A DNA stretch of 64,000 bases from Lepidodermella squamata (Eukaryota; Animalia; Gastrotricha), in NCBI GenBank assembly GCA_047495785.1, contig JBLDXI010000032.1, positions 310,001 through 374,000 on the forward strand, given 5' to 3'. Below are positions 46,059 to 54,210 of this stretch, in pieces; position 1 is the stretch's first letter; each line of letters starts with the position of its first letter. The notes under the pieces are model-generated. The model made no database searches, was not told where the DNA came from, and saw nothing but the letters and a program-made list of their open reading frames with translations. The position numbers were made by a program, and so were the translations under genes.

Positions 46059-46090
46059 CAATGATATTAAGAACTGAGCCGCCTTAAATA
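46059..46090 (-). promoter_or_regulatory. Candidate core promoter (TATA-like plus initiator) for AKR copy 6
   Basis: TATTTAA at 46090-46084 lies 28 nt upstream of the A in an Inr-like TCATTG (46064-46059). This gene lacks the T-rich AG acceptor seen before most of its neighbours. Confidence 0.4.
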
Positions 46091-46614
46091 GGTACACTAC
46101 GGACTCCGGAAATGGGTCAAAATGATTTTCTAGTCCAAACAGAACTGGGCAATTATACAATGGGAAAAATATGGCAAGCGGCGCTGAGCAAACATTTGAG
46201 GCCTTGTGCGTGGTTATAGTGACTGAAAGCCACGCAAGCGATAAGCCAATGATTCGCCATGTAAAAAAAATACCGGCACACTAGTACGTCATAAATTTCT
46301 AAAAGTGAAAAATTGATTAGAATGAGAATGGTGATAAATCAAATCAGATAAGAAAATGCTTGTCATTTATGAATAAGATTTTTTTAACATTATTCGGCTC
46401 AAGACAACCCATGAAAATCGACGAGACTTACAAAATCATAAAACCATGATTTTCATTATTTGTTGAATCCCGCCAATTTTCTCGAATATTATGGCCCTAA
46501 TATAATCAGATTTTCAAGTACGCGATCACAAAACGGATAAATTCGAAAAATAAGTAATAACGACCGCTGAATAAAATCTCTAACAAGTTATTTTCATGCG
46601 ATTTTCAGAAAAAT

Positions 46615-49007
46615 TCAGCGACCGAATTCGAGTGAAACAATAGCAGTGATTCTGTCATCAACTTTGCATAGCGACTTGAGCAATTTCGCAAAAGGAACCG
46701 CGACATCGAGGAGATTCTTCTTCTTTTTAGCCGGGTCGCTCTCGACCTGCTTCGCAAATCGGCAAACCGGCTTGACGAACAATTCCAAAGTTCGTTCGTC
46801 CAACTGGCGAAGTTCCCGCAAAACAATGCCAATGCATTCGTCTCGAGGCACATCAGCGCTATTGGCCGGATTTAATAGGTGGTATAAACTTATGCATGCG
46901 TTTTTGACGACTGGCGAGCATTTATCACCGGTGGGCGGGAAATCAACGACGGTTTTGATTGCATGGCGGATGAAACCACCCAAATGCTTGTTTTTCGATA
47001 GTTTCGTTCGACTTTCATACGTAGCATCGCCGATTAATAGGGCGAAACAGTGCAGGGCTCCATGGCGCAGGACCAACGGCATTTTCGAGACACCCTCAGC
47101 CGTTGATATAGCTGCCAAGCGCGACAGAGAACCTTGAAATTACAAATATTCCAATTATTAAAAATTCCTCCTTAAAATAGTTGGAACACACCAGGGTCAG
47201 CTGCGGAATATGAAGACGACATTTCCGTGCTGAATTTTTGCGAACGAGCAGCCAATAACGAAATGAGATTGAGCACCATCTCAGCAGTTTCATCCGGGAG
47301 AGCCGTCTTCCTCCTCATTCGCTTCTTGATACAAGACAATAGGACCCGCATTGACGGGACGATTTGTTGCATAACAAGCGGGTATTCTTCCCAGGGAGGG
47401 TTACGAGCGAGTAATTCATCGATTTTATCAACGCCGGAAACGAGATTTGACAGCAACGTGATTGAATCACATAGTTCACCGTTATTTTCGAAAGACCTTT
47501 TAGCTAAATCGACTAGAACGCAGCAACCGAATAGAGTAAATCTTGACGTCACATCCAACCACAGACCCAATCGACGCGTGCAAAATGGCAACGCCCTCTG
47601 ATCTTTAGTCGCATTTAGCCAGAATGGGATGAAAGAAGCCGGGGGCGGAAACGCATCCTTAAGCGGCGTGTACTGGTAGGAAGTGTCATCCGGGCCCTGC
47701 TTTACAGAGGGTCGAAATCTGGCGTAGATAATCGACTCCACAGCTAGCAACCCAAACGCTTTATCCACAGTTTCTGACGGAAGATTTTGCAGTTGATCGA
47801 AGAAAAAATCGTCTTTTGAAAAATTATTCAGCAGCGATAACAGTCCGTCAGTCAACCCGGTGGACGGGTCATACGTGCACAGGGTGAGCAGCAATACCTT
47901 AGGGTACCAGGTCGGCACGTTCAGTGGGGTAATATTCAAAAAATTCCGCCTTATTTCAGCAAAGCCACCGACGTAACCCAAAAATTGAATGCAAAAGTTA
48001 GCACAACCACACTGGCCGAAAGTTCGCCGCTTAATGAAAGTTAAGGTGGTTTCTCGCTTCGATAGATAAACACAAAAATTTTGCAGGAATTTAACAAAAA
48101 TCTGACTGCTGAGCAATCGGCGTAAAAACGCCTGAATGTCTTCGCCATTTCGCACCAATTGACGTCGACAAATGTGGAGTAACATGAAAAATTGGTACAG
48201 GACGTACCACTCCAAATCGCCGTGATTCTCAAAGCCAGCATCAGGCACGAAAATTCGCTTCAGGGCTTTGACAGCGAAAATTCGAGAGAAAAAATCGTTA
48301 TATTCAAGGCGAAGTACAGCATCATTCCCAAATGTTATCACCGCTTGGAATAAATGAGTGATTAAGAAGGCGCAATTTTCAGCCGTTAAATTTTCGTCAC
48401 CGAACAACTTTTCACAACTGCGATGCATGTCCATAGCTGTTAGCGATTTCTTATCTTCCGGGCGTAATTTCGCCGCTATCTTTTCAATCTCAGCCTTTGC
48501 AGCATTCTGTTCAACTCGGGAAAATCGCCCTAGCATTGTCGCGATCAAATATTCAGCAACATCAACGTAACCTAGATGAGCATAGGCTGAGGCTTGAAGC
48601 GAAACCCCCTTTCCATTGGTCTGGTTCGCAATCGAAGCCCATTGAGCACTCATAACTGCTTCTTCGTACCGACCAAGGGCGATGAAAGTCAGCGCCTTGT
48701 TTGAAAAAATTCGCCATTCAAAAGGCGCATCTTTGCCAGCTTCATTGTAGCATCTAAGAGCTTCCAGAAAATTCTTCTCTTTATAGAAATTATTCCCAGC
48801 CAATCGCAGTTGTTCTGCATTGTTTAGCCGTTCTTCGTGAGATCGAGCGATAATTTGCTGGCGAAGAAGCTCGAAAAAGTCACGAACCCGCTCTGGCGAT
48901 GTCAGCTCGCTCAAACACGTGTAGTTATCACGTGTGTCCGGCGGCGTGCTTGCCCCTTCAACGCCAAACACCTTCTCAAGCAATAGCAGCGGCGTTCTTT
49001 GCGCCAT
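46615..49007 (-). CDS. TPR/helical-repeat family paralogue 8 (777 aa; exons 49007-47192, 47132-46615)
   Basis: EKVFG; TPRs LRLAGNNFY, IFSNKA, AYAHLGY; TPLNVPTWY; FWL...CTRRLGLW. One 59-nt phase-1 intron. Confidence 0.88.
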
Positions 49008-49391
49008 TCTTCACTTGTAAATCAATAAAATCACCGCCAAACTAATTTCAGAAAAATTCATTAAATTTTTTTAATTCGATTAAAGTTTCATATAATATAT
49101 GAGACACCATTTATGAGTTCCACCATATATAAACTGAGATTGATAATGCACATAATACTCTAAGAAATAATTTCATGAACAAAAGATCACAGCGATACTA
49201 GAAAATAGGATCTATTGCTATTCCATGTAAAATTATAAAACCGCTTTTTCAACAACATTTTTCCAGATAGAAAGAATGATAGGGGGTCTGAGGTAACGTT
49301 ATTCCAGGATACAAATATAGGTTAGTATTTGTAAATATAAATTTTGAGCTAACTGATAACAAAAGATTACAGCAGAAAATAGAAAATACAT

Positions 49392-49880
49392 TCAATTTCT
49401 CAATAATTGGATTGAATCATTTCGAATGTTCTCGGAGGCTCCCATCAAATAACTTGTGTGATTGAATTCAGGCGCCATAAGAGATGCTGTGATGTCGTTG
49501 AAAACACTGACCATATGAACGACAGCGATCAAAACAACGGCTAAGATTGCGAGACTAGTTGCGATGGCAACGCACGCCAGAATTATGGAAGCTCGGTAGC
49601 TCTGACTATCGCCATATTTTTTGCCCGCGAGTGCCAGCGCAGGAATGGAACAGCAAATACAGCCGAAAAACATGCTGGCTATTGACATAGGAAGAGCGAA
49701 TTTTCGAAGACATTCGTTTTCTTTGATTGTCGTAGGCGTTTGCAGTTGAACTGTTTGAGGTAAGATGACGTAGACTCGACTAGGATCGTTTCCGTACCAG
49801 ACAGAGGGTTGGCAGTAGCTAGGTGGTGGCGCGTAATAAGGCGGTGGCGGAGGGTAATTTTGATCGCCACATTCACCCAT
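49392..49880 (-). CDS. CD225/dispanin (IFITM/PRRT-like) membrane protein
   Basis: Pro/Tyr-rich N-terminus with PPPY and PPSY, an intramembrane segment SIASMFFGCICCSIPALAL, a short GD loop, a TM segment (IILACVAIATSLAILAVVLIAVV), and a C-terminal tail with NxS/T sequons. Confidence 0.55.
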   Translation of the reverse strand: MGECGDQNYPPPPPYYAPPPSYCQPSVWYGNDPSRVYVILPQTVQLQTPTTIKENECLRKFALPMSIASMFFGCICCSIPALALAGKKYGDSQSYRASIILACVAIATSLAILAVVLIAVVHMVSVFNDITASLMAPEFNHTSYLMGASENIRNDSIQLLRN

Positions 49881-49990
49881 GTTTTATTTAACCACCTATT
49901 ACATGTAATACACTGAAACTGATTAAGTGAAAAATGAGAGGTAATAATAGGCACAAGTTGAGCAAGTTAGCAACGATTGAGTTAAGATTT
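49869..49990. repeat. Direct repeat copy B (5' leader and first codons of the CD225-like gene)
   Basis: Near-identical to 50904-51036 (ACATT.ACCCATGTTTTATTTAACCACCTATTACA.GTAATACACTGAAA...GATTGAGTTAAGATTT). Confidence 0.9.
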
Positions 49991-50224
49991 TGTAATACGT
50001 TCAAATATAAAAAATTCAATTTTCAATTCTCAAAATAATCTTTTGGAATTAAATGAATAAAAAATTATTTGATATAACGACTTTAATATTCCGGTATTAC
50101 TATACTACTAAAAGAAAAAAATGAAATATTTGAAAAACATTGATATATTGTATTTTTGTTTTCGAAAAATATTTTATATTTTATTTTAGCGAAAAACGAA
50201 AAATAAAATCCTAGGAGGAAAACG

Positions 50225-50884
50225 CTACGGCAAGTTAATCAGCGCCTGAATGACGATGTGTGGGGTAATAAGAGCTCGTGGCGAATACTGAGTAGCCGAG
50301 TGATTTAATGAAGCCGATTCTGAGATGTCCGTTGCAATAGCAGCGCCGACGACAATACCTAGAAGTTCCCTTCCAAACGCGTTAAAACACGGCCCCCCAG
50401 AATCACCAGGACGAGATCCAGCATCGCCCAAAACATGCCCAAAACTGTCATAAGGCTGACTGGTAATATTACCGACAGTAAAACTCAACGATTCAGGAGT
50501 TTCTGGAGAAAAGCCAAGCTGAAAGTACGTCATGCCTATATCGACATATAGATTTACAATGGCAAGAAATAGTTTCAACTTACCGGGATAAGCAAGCGCG
50601 AACTTCGGAACCTTAATAGACGTTTTCGTCCTAAGCAAGATTATGTCCGCTTTGTCATGAATACGCCAAACTTCAGTATCGACAAGCGCACCAGTTGCTG
50701 CATTCTTCAGTTGCACAGTTTGACCAGGAATCCAAGAGGTATGAACGGTATGACGAAACGTTACGATAACATTTTCAGCGACAGCAGTGTGACAAACATG
50801 TTCGTTGTCTTGAACCGAAACGTAAATGAATTGCTTGCCGTAGTTTAAAGCATCCTTGAACAAATTTTCATCGTATTGTGCCAT
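50225..50884 (-). CDS. Trypsin-fold (PA clan) serine protease without signal peptide; possible 39-nt in-frame intron at 50557-50519
   Basis: Catalytic triad motifs VTFRH (His), ADIILL (Asp), RPGDSGGP (Ser), followed by LLGIVVG. No hydrophobic leader. Confidence 0.8.
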   Translation of the reverse strand: MAQYDENLFKDALNYGKQFIYVSVQDNEHVCHTAVAENVIVTFRHTVHTSWIPGQTVQLKNAATGALVDTEVWRIHDKADIILLRTKTSIKVPKFALAYPGKLKLFLAIVNLYVDIGMTYFQLGFSPETPESLSFTVGNITSQPYDSFGHVLGDAGSRPGDSGGPCFNAFGRELLGIVVGAAIATDISESASLNHSATQYSPRALITPHIVIQALINLP

Positions 50885-50903
50885 TCAATTCAAGCCAAAT
50901 AAA

Positions 50904-51036
50904 ACATTAACCCATGTTTTATTTAACCACCTATTACAAGTAATACACTGAAATTTATTAAGTGAAAAATTAGTGGTAATAATAGGCACAGGTTGAGCAA
51001 GTATGTTTAGGTAATCAATTGATTGAGTTAAGATTT
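50904..51036. repeat. Direct repeat copy A (duplicated CD225-gene leader ahead of the protease)
   Basis: Matches 49869-49990. It carries ATG GGT TAA where copy B has ATG GGT GAA, and overlaps the last codons of paralogue 9. Confidence 0.9.
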
Positions 51037-53261
51037 GCCATTGATTGGCAAATGTCGTAATAAATGTCATTTGTAAATTTTGGGTACATCAAATCTCTGA
51101 TACCAGGGTCTTGTTCAGTAAACGTGGCCAGTAATTTTGTGGCAGAGGCAGCAGCCAAGTCACTGACGAGAAAGGCAACCGGAGGAGCACGGGCTTCGGA
51201 TGCAACTGATCGACAGGTGTTCAAGTAGGCGAAAAACGAAACCAAAGAATCGACTAGACGTAGCAAACCAGCAGGCCTTTTCGTCAAAACTTGGCGCAAA
51301 ATTAGGAAATTCTCATCCGAGAATCCGATTAAACAGTCAAGGCAAATACAAGCATTAGCAACATCCGCTGAGGACGAGCTTGGGTCAAAAATCGTTGTGA
51401 CAGCGTATTCGAACAAAAAATACAACCGGCCATAATCAGGAGCGACAGCGTAAGGCGACTGAAGCGACAAAACATAGATGCTGAAAGCAGACCGGGAATT
51501 TGACTTCGACTCGTCAAGAGTCACGATGTGAGTAATCACACTCAACAACAGCTTGTAATCACAGATTTTAAAAAATGCGTTAGAAAAGGCACTCGAGCAT
51601 TGCAGTAATCGAAGGCACAAAGTGGAAAGCCCGAATATAAACTTTTGAGGCAGTAATGAGTTGTTTTCAATACATTTCTCGAAAATATCACAGAATACAC
51701 GAGCTGTATCCCGGCTCAGTTCATGCGTCCAGATAGCAGTCATTTCTTCGATATGTGCTAAGGAATTATGTGCCGTAAATTTCAATGCAACACTCATTAC
51801 ACCATAGACTTCTTGTTGAACATCGAATCCGAGCATCGACAATTTCTCCGCATTCGCAAGAATCAGGGAAAAGGTTCGAAAGCATACAGCCCAAGTTTCA
51901 GATCGGTGAGCACAATATCGGATGATTTTCGGGTCTTTTGTTAGAAAAGATAAAATTCGAGCGAAAGAAAATCGGTGTTTGACCGGCAGATCCTTTTCGT
52001 TGATTGTTCGGTCACCGAACTTGGCTTCTACCGAGCACCAGAATCCCAAAAACGAGACTGCGGTCCACAGCGAGAAGGTGCAATTAACATGAGGTCCAAG
52101 AGGTCGAAGATACAAGAGATCCGACATTATCAGGTTCGATAGAGTTTCAGCGAGGCCAATAAATGATTCGCTCAACGCCACACGAGATGGTTTGCAATTA
52201 AACGATAATATCAAGCGAAACAGCAGTGAAACGTATGTGTCAGGGCTAGCAAATAAATTCTTGTCCAACAAGGAATAATGCGAATTAGACTTGAGAATCG
52301 CACATATTATATTGGATAGATTGGTGAGCATCGATACCAGAAGATTATTGCTCCAGATGTCACGAGACATTTCCAAACTGAGAATGTCTTTACACAGAAA
52401 AGTCAAAAACGAAACGAAGCGACAGTCTGCAATCAAACCGGAAAGAAAGCTTGGCACATCAAGGCCTAGCTTTCCAATGACGCGCAGAAATAGTTGAAGC
52501 AAAATTCTTTCGGAATCGCTGAGGTCAACAATAGACACTGTCGAATTTAACAAGCGAGTCAAGACACCGGCATTAGCAAAATCATTGTATGAGATCCGCG
52601 AGGCAACAAAGCTTGAGCCATTGAATTCAACGTGTTTTAATATATGTCCCAGCAAGAACAAGGAGTAATCGGCGGAAATCTCATGATTCAAACGGTCGAT
52701 GGTAGTTAATAGATCTCTCTCATCCAACAAAACATTCTCCATGTCTCTCATGAGAGCCAATTTCTCAAAGGCCTGCATCGTTTTCAAGGATTCGACTGAC
52801 CCATCAATCGCCAGAATTTTTGACGCCAAGTCAGTGTAGCCAATGTAAAAATATGCGACTGCAGCATAATGATATGCTTTTGACCAAGACGGGTCCAAGG
52901 CACAAGCGGAGAAAGCAGACGCGGCGGCTAACTCAGGCTTATCAATCTTCAAATAGACCGCAGCAATATTAGTGCGAAGCTTTGCGTCAAAGGGCATCAA
53001 CGGGATGGCATGCTGATAACTTGCTAAAGCAGCATCGTATTTCCGATCGATAAAGAAGTCGTTTCCTTCAGACCTTAGCTTGGTCCCTGACGCGAATGCA
53101 GCTTGATTCTCCGCGGAATTCGGGAGGATCTCGTTGACTACTTTCAAAGCAAAATTGGCGACAGGAACCTTTAAAATCTCGCTGGATATGAACTCATCAG
53201 CTAAGACCTCGCAACTATGATGGTACGCTTCGAAGTTGCGAAAATACTCTGAAATACGCAT
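51015..53261 (-). CDS. TPR/helical-repeat family paralogue 9 (748 aa, intronless)
   Basis: LRSEGNDFF, LRTNIAAVY, WSKAY, LLDERDLLTTIDRL, FLLGHI, CAHRSETW, NACICL. Confidence 0.92.
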   Translation of the reverse strand: MRISEYFRNFEAYHHSCEVLADEFISSEILKVPVANFALKVVNEILPNSAENQAAFASGTKLRSEGNDFFIDRKYDAALASYQHAIPLMPFDAKLRTNIAAVYLKIDKPELAAASAFSACALDPSWSKAYHYAAVAYFYIGYTDLASKILAIDGSVESLKTMQAFEKLALMRDMENVLLDERDLLTTIDRLNHEISADYSLFLLGHILKHVEFNGSSFVASRISYNDFANAGVLTRLLNSTVSIVDLSDSERILLQLFLRVIGKLGLDVPSFLSGLIADCRFVSFLTFLCKDILSLEMSRDIWSNNLLVSMLTNLSNIICAILKSNSHYSLLDKNLFASPDTYVSLLFRLILSFNCKPSRVALSESFIGLAETLSNLIMSDLLYLRPLGPHVNCTFSLWTAVSFLGFWCSVEAKFGDRTINEKDLPVKHRFSFARILSFLTKDPKIIRYCAHRSETWAVCFRTFSLILANAEKLSMLGFDVQQEVYGVMSVALKFTAHNSLAHIEEMTAIWTHELSRDTARVFCDIFEKCIENNSLLPQKFIFGLSTLCLRLLQCSSAFSNAFFKICDYKLLLSVITHIVTLDESKSNSRSAFSIYVLSLQSPYAVAPDYGRLYFLFEYAVTTIFDPSSSSADVANACICLDCLIGFSDENFLILRQVLTKRPAGLLRLVDSLVSFFAYLNTCRSVASEARAPPVAFLVSDLAAASATKLLATFTEQDPGIRDLMYPKFTNDIYYDICQSMANLNSIN

Positions 53262-53264
53262 GCC

Positions 53265-53570
53265 CTATAAAGTCATTTTGATAAAAATCGATAGAGATCC
53301 GATTATTAAACAAATCGCGCATCGTATATAGTGAATAGAGAACCAGATTCGATTATGCCATATGCCATACTTGATAATTGATAGCTGATAAATAAAAAGC
53401 AAGATAATAGCAATGACAGCCAACAGCAACAACGTATCGGAGAACAAGAAAACACTGGACACTGGTCGCTGAATACGCTCATGCAAAGCGATGTCTCGCG
53501 GAAAAGCCAGATGAAAAATGCTTAAATTAGAAACCGTGTCCCACAAACCGTAGCCCATGTCACATGCCAT
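53265..53570 (-). CDS. Possible small membrane protein
   Basis: ATG at 53570 and two hydrophobic stretches. Its TAG stop coincides with the AG acceptor ahead of paralogue 9, so it may be spurious. Confidence 0.2.
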   Translation of the reverse strand: MACDMGYGLWDTVSNLSIFHLAFPRDIALHERIQRPVSSVFLFSDTLLLLAVIAIILLFIYQLSIIKYGIWHNRIWFSIHYIRCAICLIIGSLSIFIKMTL

Positions 53571-54210
53571 TAGCCAGCAGACAGCCAATGTGCCCACAAT
53601 GGAACGCCGGTTGGGCTGGGCGGTTTATGACAACGCGCAAAAGATTTCGCGGCCCACTACATCAGATGACCTTGCCGTATAATAATTTACTAACAGTGAT
53701 CAAGCAAATTCCATATGCTTTAGAAACAAGATTTCTGCGAACTCTGTTGCCAATTTTCGCGAAAAATTAATCATTTTCCGTTTTGCGCGCGCAATTTTCA
53801 GAATGCGAGTGATGCAAGATTTCTCGAACGTTCGCATTAGTTTTTTTGGCCTAGTTCTATTCAGGCCTCCATCAACCTTGGTGATGTCTCGTGTCTCGGA
53901 ACTTGAGCGTCATTCGAAACTCGGAAATTAAGCACAAGGAAAAACATCTGAGCAATTCGGAGGAAATTGCGGGCCACATGCCTTCGAATAACTTACTTCA
54001 TTAGAAATCACTCGTGAACTTCCTTGACAATTAACTTGGCTCCTTAGCTCGTTTTGCTCGTTGCCGTGCAGTGTATTATTGTTCTTTCCTATCAGATGAA
54101 TTTTTCCCCAGATCAGAAATACTTATGCTCGCAAACAGTTCCTCTGTGCCCGGGCGTTTCTTTCATTTGCTGTTTTCTTTTAACTAGAATTTTGTTTGCA
54201 GCTCACGATA

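Noticed and set aside
3412-53261. Naming the TPR family UNC-45, TTC12 or IFIT
   Set aside because: Only the general layout is similar. I see no UCS-domain or IFIT signature, so no symbol is given.
50225-53261. Spliced TPR-protease fusion protein
   Set aside because: Paralogue 9 ends at the normal family length, an in-frame TGA sits directly before the protease ATG, and I found no convincing donor/acceptor pair joining them.
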